Shown in pieces: positions 48,784 through 59,230 of a DNA stretch of 64,000 nt. Positions within the stretch are counted from its first letter, which is position 1, and the number at the start of each line of letters is the position of its first letter. This DNA is from Candidatus Sericytochromatia bacterium. GTDB lineage: Bacteria > Cyanobacteriota > Sericytochromatia > S15B-MN24 > JAQBPE01. Made by a program: the position numbers and the translations under genes. The stretch is from NCBI GenBank assembly GCA_040400605.1, contig JBBAPZ010000016.1:25677-89676 (forward strand). The letters run 5' to 3'. Below the pieces are notes generated by a model. The model was not told the origin of the DNA and made no database searches. It was given only the letters and a program-made list of their open reading frames with translations.

Positions 48784-51216
48784 ATGACAGTGCCCCTACG
48801 CCTCATCGTAACCACGACAGCGGTCACCACTGGGACCTCGCTCTGGCTGAGCGCTGACCTCAACGCTGCTGAACCCAATTCCAAACGATCGTATCGACTG
48901 AGCGCAGCAGGCGGTCACGAATTGGTCTGCGAAGCAACAGGCACGTGGTATTTGCTGAACCCTGCCGGCAAACGCCTGTTCGGCGCAGCCCAGGTAGCGC
49001 CCGTCACTGCCAGCCAGACGCCGACTCAAAGTGTTGATTTTTTTGGCACCTACCGGTTCTTCAGGCCCACAGCCACTTGGACAGGACCGCAGGGTGTCCC
49101 GGAATGCACATCGCCGACGCCTGATGCGTGGGTGTTAAAATGGCCGGCAAACTCATCGGGCGATGCCTGGATTCTTCGTGCCCGTACCAGGGGTTCACAG
49201 GGCTTCACCCTTGAATGGGTTGCTCCGAAAAACACTGAAGCGTTGAAACTGCAATGGCGGGTTGATCCAAGCGATCGCCTGTATGGCTTCGGGTCGCGAA
49301 CCAATGCCTGCGACCAACGTGGCAACACCCTCGAAAACTGGGTTCAAGAAGGTGGCAATGGCAAGTCCAACCACCCGATTCTTGGCATCAGCAACTATCC
49401 TGAGGCCTCCCATGTACCCGTGCCATTCATGCTCAGCAGCGCTGGTTTTGGCCTGCGGGCCAATACCAACCACCGCAGCGTGTGGGATGTGTGCACGCAA
49501 AACCCTTACACACTCGGCCTGACGGTGGATGACCGCACGCTTGGTCTCAACATCTATCCCCAGTCAACGCCTGCTCAAATCCTGCGCGCACTGACCAACG
49601 ACACAGGCCGCCCCCAGATGCCGCCTTTGTGGGCGCTCGGGCCGACGGAGTTTGGTAAGGGCGGCGAAGAGGCCGTCCGCGAAAAAGCGGCCATGCTTCG
49701 ACGCGAACGCATACCCGCTTCCGCCATCTGGTACGAAGATTGGGTCGGACTGGAACATGGTCCTTTACCGGGTCTCACCCACTTGCCGTGGGGACGCTGG
49801 GTAGCCGACCCTACGCACTATCCCACAATCGCCAAAATGAACCGCGATCTCGAACAACAGGGTTTTAAATCCTTGGGTTACTTCAACCCTTTTGTGTCTT
49901 ACGCGGATCCCCACGCGCGCGAACTGCTGGAACAAGGCTTAACGCTGCGTGACGCAAAAGGGCAGCCACGCTGGTTTTTAGGCCCCTTCGGCTGGCTTGG
50001 TCACCTCGACCTCACGCATCCTGAAGCGCAAAAATGGGCACACGCGCGTCTCAAGGCATTCGAGGCACTGGGTTTTGATGGCGCAATGGTTGATTTTGGC
50101 GAATGGACGCCACGTGATGCGCGCTTTCACGACGGGTCAACCGGTGAAACCATGCATAACCGTTACCCGGATGAGTGGGCCAAACTTCATCACGACTTTT
50201 GGAAAAAGACACGCCCCAACGGCGATTTTGTTATGTACACGCGTGCAGGCTATCAGTATGCCGCCCGCCACACCACCTATATGTGGGCAGGGGATCAAAA
50301 CACCAACTGGGAAAAAGACGATGGGTTTCCAACCGCGCTCACAGCCATCCTGAGCGCAGGCCTCTCCGGCATTCCGATGATGACCCACGACATTGCCGGC
50401 TTCGCCACCCTCGGCAACCAAGGCGTTACAAAAGAACTTTACCTTCGCTGGCTCGCCTTTGGTGCATTCTCAACTTTCATGCGCACCCACTCCGGTCAAA
50501 AATATTCCCTGAACTGGCGCATCGACAGCGACGCAGAAACGCTCGCTTTACACCGTCATTACGCCACCGAGCATATGCGGCTCGTTCCGTATCGCCAAGC
50601 CAGCGTCAAACAAGCCTGCGATTCCGGGATGCCCGTGATGCGCCACTTGTATCTTTGTTTTCCAGACTTCAAACCTGGCGCTGGTATCGACGATGCTTAT
50701 ATGCTGGGAGATTCCTTGCTTGTCGCCCCCGTGTTGACACCCGGTACTGCCAAACGGGAGATTTGGTTACCACCGGGCCTATGGTACGACTACTGGCGCA
50801 ACTCAGCCATTCAAGGCGATCGTCGCGTCAGCGTCGACGCGCCGTTTGACAAGCTTCCAATCTTCGTCAAGGCAGGCAGCCTCATACCCCTGCTGCCAAC
50901 CGGCATTCAAAGCTTGGTACCACTCCATCAAAAAAACGCCAACAGGCCTTTTTACACGCCCGACACGCTCGACCTCACACTCTACGCAGGACGCCCTGGA
51001 AGCATAACCTTGGCCGACGGTACACGCCTGCGTCACTGGCCACCCGACGCCAACCAGGGTGTTTACCCAAACGTTTCGGCATTGGGTCGCCTGAACGCCT
51101 TGCCTGGTCGCGTCACCCGGCACGTGTGGCAACTTCGTGATGGCCAATGGACCATTGAAGTCGACAACCCGGGGCCAACGGCATTCAATCTGAACATCAC
51201 CGGGGTGCGAGATTGA
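48784..51216 (+). CDS. Glycoside hydrolase family 31 (YihQ-like alpha-glycosidase)
   Basis: PPLWA, WYEDW, GYFNP, MVDFGE (nucleophile Asp), HNRYP, WAGDQ (acid/base Asp), MRTH, YMLGDSLLVAPV. Confidence 0.9.
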   Translation: MTVPLRLIVTTTAVTTGTSLWLSADLNAAEPNSKRSYRLSAAGGHELVCEATGTWYLLNPAGKRLFGAAQVAPVTASQTPTQSVDFFGTYRFFRPTATWTGPQGVPECTSPTPDAWVLKWPANSSGDAWILRARTRGSQGFTLEWVAPKNTEALKLQWRVDPSDRLYGFGSRTNACDQRGNTLENWVQEGGNGKSNHPILGISNYPEASHVPVPFMLSSAGFGLRANTNHRSVWDVCTQNPYTLGLTVDDRTLGLNIYPQSTPAQILRALTNDTGRPQMPPLWALGPTEFGKGGEEAVREKAAMLRRERIPASAIWYEDWVGLEHGPLPGLTHLPWGRWVADPTHYPTIAKMNRDLEQQGFKSLGYFNPFVSYADPHARELLEQGLTLRDAKGQPRWFLGPFGWLGHLDLTHPEAQKWAHARLKAFEALGFDGAMVDFGEWTPRDARFHDGSTGETMHNRYPDEWAKLHHDFWKKTRPNGDFVMYTRAGYQYAARHTTYMWAGDQNTNWEKDDGFPTALTAILSAGLSGIPMMTHDIAGFATLGNQGVTKELYLRWLAFGAFSTFMRTHSGQKYSLNWRIDSDAETLALHRHYATEHMRLVPYRQASVKQACDSGMPVMRHLYLCFPDFKPGAGIDDAYMLGDSLLVAPVLTPGTAKREIWLPPGLWYDYWRNSAIQGDRRVSVDAPFDKLPIFVKAGSLIPLLPTGIQSLVPLHQKNANRPFYTPDTLDLTLYAGRPGSITLADGTRLRHWPPDANQGVYPNVSALGRLNALPGRVTRHVWQLRDGQWTIEVDNPGPTAFNLNITGVRD

Positions 51217-51280
51217 TAGGCTTCCGGGAATGCTTAACGCCCGCTGGTGATTGGGCTTGTACCACCCGTGAACCGTGATG

Positions 51281-51317
51281 AAGAAACGGGGCCTCCCACA
51301 GACCGGGAAGCCCCGTT
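51281..51317 (-). terminator. Terminator between convergent GH31 and etfA
   Basis: AACGGGGCcTCCC / GGGAaGCCCCGTT stem with AAGAA on its left. Confidence 0.65.
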
Positions 51318-51327
51318 CGCTCCTTGC

Positions 51328-52326
51328 TCAGACGCTTGCGCCGCGCGCCGCTTCGATTTCGCGAATGAGTTCCGGGATCACTTTGAAGAGATCGCCCACA
51401 AGCGCGAGATCAGCCGTCTTCATAATGGGTGCTTCGGGGTCTGTGTTGATGGCCACCACATAACCCGCATCCTTCATGCCAACCCAATGTTGCACGGCAC
51501 CCGAAATACCCGCCGCGACATACAGTTTGGGCTTGACCGTTACACCAGTCTGCCCGATTTGTTCATTGGTTGGTCGCCAACCCGCATCGGTGACCGCGCG
51601 CGAGGCGCCCACTGCTGCCCCAAGCGCACGACCCAGATCATCGATGATTGCAAATTTTTCTGCACTGCCAACGCCCCGTCCACCCGCCACAACCACTTCG
51701 GCATCTCCTAGGTTCAAACGACCGGATGCCACTTCGGCAGCGAAGACTTTGATCGCCGTCCGTGTGGTGATCGCATCAACCGCGACGGCCTCAACGGCGC
51801 ACGCACGCCCCGCATCCGCTGCGGCTTTCTCAAACGCACGCAACGAAACTGTTGCGATCAAACACCGCTCCGGTGTGCTTTGCAACGTGCTTAAAACATT
51901 CCCGCCGAAAATGGGTCTCACAACCTCCCACGCATGACCCAAATCCTTGATCTGGTTGATGTCCGCGGCCACACCTACACCCAAACGGGCAGCGACCAAA
52001 CCCGATAAGTCCCGCCCTTGACTGGTCGCAGCGCACAAGAACAACGTGGGTTCCACGCGGCCGATCACCTGCATCAACGCGATGGCATACGCTTGGGCGT
52101 CATAATCGGCCAAAGCGGGCGATTCTGCCACCCACACCGTGTCGGCGCCGTAAGCACCAAGCCCTCGTGCCTGTTCGGTCACATTCGCACCGAGAACCAC
52201 AACGTCCACCGTCGCTTGGCGACCATTCGCCAATTCACGCGCTTTGCCAAGCATCTCCAAGGTCACGCCTTGAATGGCGCCGTCTTGCAATTCGGCGAGC
52301 ACCAAAATTCGATTCTGCATTCCCAT
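51328..52326 (-). CDS. etfA: Electron transfer flavoprotein alpha subunit
   Basis: RPIFGG, VVAGGRG, VGASRA, QIGQTG, GISGAVQH, AINTDPEAPI. Confidence 0.95.
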   Translation of the reverse strand: MGMQNRILVLAELQDGAIQGVTLEMLGKARELANGRQATVDVVVLGANVTEQARGLGAYGADTVWVAESPALADYDAQAYAIALMQVIGRVEPTLFLCAATSQGRDLSGLVAARLGVGVAADINQIKDLGHAWEVVRPIFGGNVLSTLQSTPERCLIATVSLRAFEKAAADAGRACAVEAVAVDAITTRTAIKVFAAEVASGRLNLGDAEVVVAGGRGVGSAEKFAIIDDLGRALGAAVGASRAVTDAGWRPTNEQIGQTGVTVKPKLYVAAGISGAVQHWVGMKDAGYVVAINTDPEAPIMKTADLALVGDLFKVIPELIREIEAARGASV

Positions 52327-52347
52327 CGCTTCATCCCGCCCTTCCAC

Positions 52348-53130
52348 TTAAACGAATTGCCGACCACGCAAAGAGGCGATCGCCTCTTTGGCCACATCCA
52401 CCGCGTCGCCCTCAATCTTCCGCCCCGCGCCGCGCGCGCTGGGTGGCGCAACCGCCGTCTGCCGCACACTGTGCCCCAACGCGTCAGGGGTCACTGCCAG
52501 ATCAGCAAGCGACCACACTTCCAACGGCTTGTTCTTGGCCCCCATAATGCCTTTGAAAGTCGGCAGTCTTGGGTCCGCCTGAAACTTGCCAATCGTGACC
52601 ACCGCAGGCATCGGAACATCAACGCTCTGTTTGCCACCTTCAATATGACGCACGACGGCCACCGTATCGCCTGTCACCGCCATCTCGCTGGCATAAGACA
52701 CAACCGGCCAGTTCAGCAAGTGACCAACTTCCACCCCCAGGGGAAAGGCCTCACCCTGAATGCCTGGAATACCGTAGCTCAACAAGGACACCTCACCCAA
52801 TTTCTCAACGACGGCTTTCAATACCTGCGCCTGTGCCCAGCTGTCCGCGTCACCGAACGCCGCGTCTTCGACAATCACGGCGCGATCAGCTCCCATCGCG
52901 AGCGCTTTTTTGACCACCTCGCGCACTTTCGCTGCATCTGGACTCATCGAGACAACAATGAGTTCCGTGCCTGCGTTCTTATCCTTGATGCGCAAAGCCA
53001 TTTCCAACGCCAGTTCATCAAATGTATACACGACGCGAGGCACCTGAGCGACATCCAACACCGTCGCACCCTGAGCCATACGCACCTGTTCGTAATCAGG
53101 AACAACTTTTAGGGATATAACTACTCTCAT
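52348..53130 (-). CDS. etfB: Electron transfer flavoprotein beta subunit
   Basis: KVVPD, DELALEMALRIK, ALAMGADRA, PRLPTFKGIMGAK; SD AAGGAG. Confidence 0.92.
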   Translation of the reverse strand: MRVVISLKVVPDYEQVRMAQGATVLDVAQVPRVVYTFDELALEMALRIKDKNAGTELIVVSMSPDAAKVREVVKKALAMGADRAVIVEDAAFGDADSWAQAQVLKAVVEKLGEVSLLSYGIPGIQGEAFPLGVEVGHLLNWPVVSYASEMAVTGDTVAVVRHIEGGKQSVDVPMPAVVTIGKFQADPRLPTFKGIMGAKNKPLEVWSLADLAVTPDALGHSVRQTAVAPPSARGAGRKIEGDAVDVAKEAIASLRGRQFV

Positions 53131-53308
53131 CGCCTTGTAGCTCCTTTGCTTCACGGTAACGGGCCAATGGCCATCCCAACGCACCTGCGCCTGGCCTATA
53201 CGGCCTTATTCTGGCAGAACCGGCTGTGCGTGGCAACCTGAGCCGCCAGCGCACCCTTGGCGGGGTGCCTTTTTCAAAGTGCGATTTTAGCGGTAAAATA
53301 ACGTTGTC

Positions 53309-54001
53309 ATGATTCGGCTCCACCAGATTGTCAAAAGTTACTTGGCAGGCGACCAGGTCGTCCACGCGCTCAATGGCGTCTCGCTGCACGTGCGCGAGGG
53401 GGAATTCGTCGCTATCGTTGGCGCATCCGGCTCTGGCAAGTCAACCATGATGAATGTCATTGGTTGTTTGGATAGGCCAACCTCAGGCACCTATCACCTG
53501 GACGACAGCGTGGTCACCGAATTGTCCGATGCGGAACTTGCACGGGTGCGCAATCGGAAACTGGGGTTCGTGTTTCAGTCCTTCAACTTGCTGGCACGAA
53601 CCAGTGCCCTTGAAAACGTCGAATTGCCCATGATTTACGCAGGTATACCAGCTGCGCAGAGGCGGGTACGTGCCAAACTGGCACTGGAACGGGTCGGACT
53701 TGCATCGCGGGTCCATCATCATCCCAGTGCGTTGTCAGGCGGCCAGCAGCAGCGCGTGGCGATCGCCCGTGCGCTGGTCAATGAGCCGCGCTTGCTGCTC
53801 GCCGACGAGCCAACCGGCGCCTTGGACTCCCAAACCACCGAAGAAATCCTGGAACTCTTTGAACAACTGCACGCGCAAGGTGTGACGCTGGTGATCGTGA
53901 CGCACGAAGAGGCGGTGGCTGAGCGCGCGCGGCGGCGGGTCGTTTTCAAGGACGGTGCCATCATCCAGGACCGTATGCAATCGGCGGGCTCGCCGTGCTG
54001 A
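53309..54001 (+). CDS. ABC transporter ATP-binding protein (MacB/LolD-like)
   Basis: [48 protein letters not shown]. Confidence 0.95.
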   Translation: MIRLHQIVKSYLAGDQVVHALNGVSLHVREGEFVAIVGASGSGKSTMMNVIGCLDRPTSGTYHLDDSVVTELSDAELARVRNRKLGFVFQSFNLLARTSALENVELPMIYAGIPAAQRRVRAKLALERVGLASRVHHHPSALSGGQQQRVAIARALVNEPRLLLADEPTGALDSQTTEEILELFEQLHAQGVTLVIVTHEEAVAERARRRVVFKDGAIIQDRMQSAGSPC

Positions 54002-55335
54002 TACGTTTGCTGGTTCTGGGCAGTTTGTTATGGCAGGCGATAAACCTTCCTGCGTGGGCACTTGAGACTTTATCCCTGCGGGAGGCTTGGGGCGCGGGTT
54101 TGGAGCACGATGTCAACTTCAGGAATGCACAGGCCGCCTTGTTGCGTGCGCGTATCGGGATTGACCAGGCCCGTGGGGAGCAGTTTCAATACGGTGGCGA
54201 TTTGAACGTCGGCAATCGTTATGGTGTGATGGGGTTGCTTGGTGCAGGGCCTATTACCGCGATGAACTCGCCCTTGGCCAACGCCACGGTAATGGCGCGT
54301 TGGCCGATCTTCACCGGTGGCAAAGTCGAACAAGGTATCGCTCAAGCCGAAACGCAGTCCTTGATCCAGGCAGCCCGTGTCGCGCAAACCCGCGAAAACG
54401 CGCTTTATAGTGTTGCAGAAGCGTACTGGGACCTCAAACGCGCGCAATTGCGGCTCGATACCCAAAAGCTGGCCTTGCTGGATGCGCGCAGTCAGCTGAA
54501 TTTGGTCGGTTCGCGCATGCGAACGGGTCGAGCGGAGGCGCATGATCTCAGTCAAGCCGAAATTGGGATCGCAAACGCTGAAGATGGTGTCATACAAGGC
54601 GAGGCTGAACTTAAAACGGCCTATCTCAAGCTGTCGCGCTTGCTTGGTCGCGAGGTGACTGATTTGCGTCTCGATGAGCCAACCGTCACTGAAAAAGAAG
54701 CTGAAACGGCGCTTGATACGTGTGTAGCGGTTGCCCTGCAGCACCGCCCTGAATTGCAGATCAGCCGTTTGCAGTTGACACAGTGCGGCTTGCAGGTTCA
54801 GTTGGCCAGGGCTGAGAAGACGCCGCAAGTTGATTTGATTTCGGCGTATCAGCACGGTAACAACCCGTTTATCGCGACTGTTTCGAACCGTGACTTGTTG
54901 AATGCCTTTACAGGCGTCTGGGACGCGCGTTTGAATATCAGTTTGCGTGCATTTGACCATGGCGTGATCGATCGTCAAATCCAGGTGCGTGAGAATGAAC
55001 TGGCGGCCGAGCAAACGGCTGCCAGCCTCACGGAAAATCAGGTTCGCATTGATGTCAAGCGGGCGTGGGAGAGTTTGGTTCAGGCACGTCGGCGCGTCGT
55101 GGTGACGCGTCATGGAGAGGTATTGGCCTTGCGCTATCACCAGCAGATCCAGGCGCGGTATCGTTTGGGCTTCGGTTTGGCGTATCTGGTGGATGAAGCG
55201 CGCAATCGCGTGGCAAGCGCGCGCAACCGCGCGATCGACGCGGCAATTGATGCCGAGTTGGCGCGTCTGGCACTGCTCGTTGCGCAGGGGCGGCTAGGGT
55301 TGACTTGGGCCAAACTGACGGAAGGCGCCTCATGA
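53995..55335 (+). CDS. TolC family outer-membrane efflux protein
   Basis: Signal peptide; [27 protein letters not shown]; helical OEP pattern. Confidence 0.85.
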   Translation: MLIRLLVLGSLLWQAINLPAWALETLSLREAWGAGLEHDVNFRNAQAALLRARIGIDQARGEQFQYGGDLNVGNRYGVMGLLGAGPITAMNSPLANATVMARWPIFTGGKVEQGIAQAETQSLIQAARVAQTRENALYSVAEAYWDLKRAQLRLDTQKLALLDARSQLNLVGSRMRTGRAEAHDLSQAEIGIANAEDGVIQGEAELKTAYLKLSRLLGREVTDLRLDEPTVTEKEAETALDTCVAVALQHRPELQISRLQLTQCGLQVQLARAEKTPQVDLISAYQHGNNPFIATVSNRDLLNAFTGVWDARLNISLRAFDHGVIDRQIQVRENELAAEQTAASLTENQVRIDVKRAWESLVQARRRVVVTRHGEVLALRYHQQIQARYRLGFGLAYLVDEARNRVASARNRAIDAAIDAELARLALLVAQGRLGLTWAKLTEGAS

Positions 55336-56606
55336 AACGAAGCTGGCTAATCCTGACAATCGGGGTGTTCGTGGTGGGAGCGGGAGTCGCCGCGTGGCGC
55401 GCCTTGGGCGGGGTGAACGAGGGCGAGGCAGTTGCCCAGGATGCGATCGCACGCGTAGAGCGCGGCGACCTCAGCGTGCAAGTGCACGAAGTGGGGCAGA
55501 TTCAGCCGCTTAAAAAGGTAAACATCAAATCCAAAGTCGCGGGGCAGGTCGCTCAATTGCTGGTAACGGAGGGGCAGTTCGTCAAAAAGAATCAGGTCTT
55601 GTTGGCGCTAGACCCCACTGATTTCAAGCGACGCCTGGCCGAGGTGCTCGCGGATAGTGACAACGTGGCGGCCGAATTGACACGCCTCGAGGCCGGCAGC
55701 CTGCCCGAGGAATGTGAAGAAGCACAGGCCCAGTGGACGCAGGCCAAGGCACGTGCCATTCTGGCTCGCGCGGAAAAGGAACGTGCTGATCGCGCGTATC
55801 AGGAATCCAGCCTTGCGCTGGGAGAATACGAGGCCAGCAAAACACGCGCACTCGAAGCCGAGGCCCAGGTCCGTGTGGCACAAGCACGTTGGCATCGCCT
55901 CAAACGTGGCAGCCGTCGCGAAGACATTTTGGCTGCGCGCGCCCGACTGCGCAAAGCGGAGGTAGCGGTTGCAGCGGCGCGGGATCAATTGGCCTATACC
56001 GTGCTCCGCGCCCCCATTGATGGGACGGTGATTCATCGCGGCATTGAGGTTGGTGAAATGGTGACGCCAGGGGTTGCTGAAACCGGGGACCGGAAGCCTT
56101 TGCTGACCGTCGCGGACTTGCGCCAACTCGTTGTGGAGTCGGATATCAACCAGGTTCAAATTGGCAAGCTCACACTGGCACAAGCGGTCAGGGTTAGCGT
56201 GGACGCACTGCCTGATGATGTGTTTTCGGGTCATATCTCAAGCATTGCCCCGGCATCCGTACCGGGGCGTGAGGCCGATGTTCAGCTCTACAAGGTTAAA
56301 ACCCTGATCCAATCAGGGCCGGTCGCCCACCTCAAACCCGGTATGAGTGCCGATGTCGACATCCTCGTGGGTGAGCACCCCACCGTGCTGCGCGTCCCGA
56401 TTGAAGCCGTTACCCAAAGTGCGGGGCACAAGGGCGAGGTGACCCGCCTCGAAAAAATTCGGGGCGACCGCTACCGCAAGGCGCGCCAACCCGTCACACT
56501 CGGCGTCAGCACCGAACAGTTTATTGAGATCAGAGCAGGTGTGAATGAGGGTGATTCACTCTTGATCGATCCGGAGGCCGTCAAAGGGCGGATCAACAAA
56601 TTTTAG
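55332..56606 (+). CDS. Periplasmic adaptor (MacA/HlyD-like membrane fusion protein)
   Basis: N-terminal TM helix; IKSKVAGQV, LRAPIDGTV, LKPGMSA, VPIEAV. Confidence 0.9.
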   Translation: MKRSWLILTIGVFVVGAGVAAWRALGGVNEGEAVAQDAIARVERGDLSVQVHEVGQIQPLKKVNIKSKVAGQVAQLLVTEGQFVKKNQVLLALDPTDFKRRLAEVLADSDNVAAELTRLEAGSLPEECEEAQAQWTQAKARAILARAEKERADRAYQESSLALGEYEASKTRALEAEAQVRVAQARWHRLKRGSRREDILAARARLRKAEVAVAAARDQLAYTVLRAPIDGTVIHRGIEVGEMVTPGVAETGDRKPLLTVADLRQLVVESDINQVQIGKLTLAQAVRVSVDALPDDVFSGHISSIAPASVPGREADVQLYKVKTLIQSGPVAHLKPGMSADVDILVGEHPTVLRVPIEAVTQSAGHKGEVTRLEKIRGDRYRKARQPVTLGVSTEQFIEIRAGVNEGDSLLIDPEAVKGRINKF

Positions 56607-56632
56607 AACCTTGTCCGACTGGCGAGCCGCTA

Positions 56633-57847
56633 TCATTCGTACCGCAGACACGCGACGATGGGTTGTCTGGCCGCTACTGCGGCGGGCCACAAGCCAAATA
56701 CCAGGCAGGTCACAACTGCGCTTAAAACGGCGACTCCCACGTCAGTCCATGCGATCATGAAAGGCCAGGGCGCAAGGAAATGGGTCAGACCGATGCTGAT
56801 CAGCCAGGCGATCGCCAACGCGCCAAGCACCCCAATCGCGGCACCCAGCAAGCCGAGTCCTGCCGCCTCTAACAAAAACTGCACGCGAATGTCTTGCCTT
56901 TGTGCTCCCAAGGCCAGGCGAATCCCGATTTCCCGGGTCCGTTCACGCACCGTGACGAGCAAAATATTCATAATGTTGATGCCCCCAACACCCAAACAAA
57001 ACGTCGACACAGCCACATTCAGGATTCGCAACGCTTTCAGGAACTGCAAGTCACCGCCTGTCTCGGCGATTGCTTCCACGGCGAGGGTTTCCGGTTTGTG
57101 ATCCCGGCGCCACAACGTATCGCGCACCAGCCTCACGCTGCGCTTGACCGTTCGGGTGAGGTCAGAGCCCGACGCCCCCACCTTGATGACCGCCCCGTCC
57201 AACGCGTTCACACCGTATTGCGCCAAATATAACGGTTGCGGTACCAAGGCGCTCCGATTCCACGTTCGATTCCCTTCTTCCGCCATCGACGGTTTGGCGG
57301 CTAACACACCCACAATGCGGTACCGCTGTCCGGCTGACATTAACGACTGTCCCAAACAGGCATCGCCCCATTCCTGCGCAAGTTCGGCACCAATGACGGC
57401 AACATTTCGGCGCATTCGCTCATCGTCCGCGTTGATAAAACGTCCTTGAGCAAGCGATAACTGATACTGGCTCAAACTTTGCACGGTGGCGCCGACCAAA
57501 AAGCCATCACGTTCCTGCTGTGCGACACTCAACGTGGCACGGCGCTCCATGACTCCCCACACCGTAACAGGAGCCGGGATGCGGGATAACGCCTTGAGGT
57601 CCTGGGGCACGAACGGTCTGGGCCGAGCCACCAGGTCCCGGCGGGGCCGTTCGGAAACCTTGATGAGGTCACGCCCGGTAGCGTCTTCCACGGAAGCGTT
57701 GATCGAGGCAAGTGCGCCAAGCATCACGCTCGACAACAAAACAGGGGTGCCAACCCCCAAGGTGATGCCAAGCACCGTCAAAAGGGTTCTGATTTTGTGT
57801 GTGAGCAATGCGCGCACCACAAGTCGCGCCATTTCGAACAGATTCAC
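56633..57847 (-). CDS. ABC transporter permease (MacB/FtsX-like)
   Basis: RTLLTVLGITLGV, VGGINIMNILLVTVRERTREIGIRLALGA, QFLLEA. Confidence 0.92.
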   Translation of the reverse strand: MNLFEMARLVVRALLTHKIRTLLTVLGITLGVGTPVLLSSVMLGALASINASVEDATGRDLIKVSERPRRDLVARPRPFVPQDLKALSRIPAPVTVWGVMERRATLSVAQQERDGFLVGATVQSLSQYQLSLAQGRFINADDERMRRNVAVIGAELAQEWGDACLGQSLMSAGQRYRIVGVLAAKPSMAEEGNRTWNRSALVPQPLYLAQYGVNALDGAVIKVGASGSDLTRTVKRSVRLVRDTLWRRDHKPETLAVEAIAETGGDLQFLKALRILNVAVSTFCLGVGGINIMNILLVTVRERTREIGIRLALGAQRQDIRVQFLLEAAGLGLLGAAIGVLGALAIAWLISIGLTHFLAPWPFMIAWTDVGVAVLSAVVTCLVFGLWPAAVAARQPIVACLRYE

Positions 57848-59071
57848 CTATTCACGCCTCAAGCAAACGATGGGGTCGAGACGCGCGGCACGTACAGCTG
57901 GATACCAACCCGACACGATCCCAACCACCAGTGCGGCAACGAAAGCAAGCAATACCGAACCAGGTGATACGATCGCCACCCAGTTGCCGTTGATGGTTTG
58001 GATGAACCACGCCAAGGCCCATGCAACCACCAGCCCCAAGCCGACCCCAGCCAGGGCGCCCATGCCAGTCAGGCTCACCGCCTCAATCAAAAACTGCATC
58101 CTGATGGCGCTTTCGGATGCACCCAGTGCCTTGCGCAAACCAATTTCGCGCATACGCTCCTGGATGGTGACCAGCATCATGTTCATCACACCAATCCCAC
58201 CGATCAGCAGTGACACACTGGCAATCATCGCGACCAATGCCTGCATCACGGCAAACGCGAGGTAAAAGTTTTTAAGCAAGCCCGCAAATTCAAAGAACCT
58301 GAAATTGTCCACGCCAAGGTGGCGGTGCAAGAGCAAAGTACTTGCCACCCGCAAGGTCAGCGCCGTGTCTTCGGCACGGCGTGCCGTCAGGCTGATTGAC
58401 TCCACCCGACGCCCAACACCAGGCGCGGTAATCGGTATTACGGCCATCCGATCCCAAGGATAACCCAGATTCACCGAATCGCCGAACCGATCGCGCCCCA
58501 AAACGCCCACCACCCGATAGCGCTCGCCACGAAAACGCACATCCGTTCCAACCGGATCCTGCGCACCGTATAGCGCCGCGCTCAGTTTTGGGCCCAATAC
58601 CACCACACGCCGCCGCAGCGCGAGGTCCTGATCCGTCAGCCAGCGCCCCGAGGCGATCGCCATCTTGAAAGCGTCAAGATAGGCAGGTTCCGTCGCCACC
58701 ACCGTGGTAACGACCGGTGGGCGGTCGCCGTGGCTTACCGGAAAATGGTAATTGTTAATCTGGGCAACCACCGATTCAAGCCACGGCAACGCGCGCGCCA
58801 AAGCGTCGCGATCCGCCAAGGTCAGACCCCAATGCGTGTAAAGGCCCCGCTTATCACGCGCCACGCTCGGTTCGGCCGCAAAAACCATCATAAATCGCCG
58901 GCCGCCAATCGCCTCAATGCCACGGGTCAATGTCGCAAGACCGCTATCCGCCAGCGAAACAAACACAACGATGCTGGTCGCGCCCAAGGTAATGGCCATC
59001 ACCGTTAAAGCGGCACGCATGGGATGGGCGACAATCTGTCGCCAACTTAACAAGACAAAATTCAGCCACAC
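57848..59071 (-). CDS. ABC transporter permease (MacB/FtsX-like)
   Basis: RAALTVMAITLG, IGGIGVMNMMLVTIQERMREIGLRKALGA, YPAVRAARLDPI. Confidence 0.92.
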   Translation of the reverse strand: MWLNFVLLSWRQIVAHPMRAALTVMAITLGATSIVVFVSLADSGLATLTRGIEAIGGRRFMMVFAAEPSVARDKRGLYTHWGLTLADRDALARALPWLESVVAQINNYHFPVSHGDRPPVVTTVVATEPAYLDAFKMAIASGRWLTDQDLALRRRVVVLGPKLSAALYGAQDPVGTDVRFRGERYRVVGVLGRDRFGDSVNLGYPWDRMAVIPITAPGVGRRVESISLTARRAEDTALTLRVASTLLLHRHLGVDNFRFFEFAGLLKNFYLAFAVMQALVAMIASVSLLIGGIGVMNMMLVTIQERMREIGLRKALGASESAIRMQFLIEAVSLTGMGALAGVGLGLVVAWALAWFIQTINGNWVAIVSPGSVLLAFVAALVVGIVSGWYPAVRAARLDPIVCLRRE

Positions 59072-59230
59072 GCCTATGGCACCCCCTAAACTCCGCCAAA
59101 GTCTCTTTCATGCTATACCGAAATCCAGCGGGAAGCGAATGCCGCCATCACACAGACAACCATCGGAACGCTCTCAACATCCCGTTGCCAGTGGATTGGA
59201 TCACAGAAAACCCGTACAATACCGGTCATC

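Noticed and set aside
52018..53112. 364-aa + strand ORF
   Set aside because: Antisense shadow of etfB/etfA
54070..55140. 356-aa - strand ORF
   Set aside because: Antisense shadow of the TolC gene
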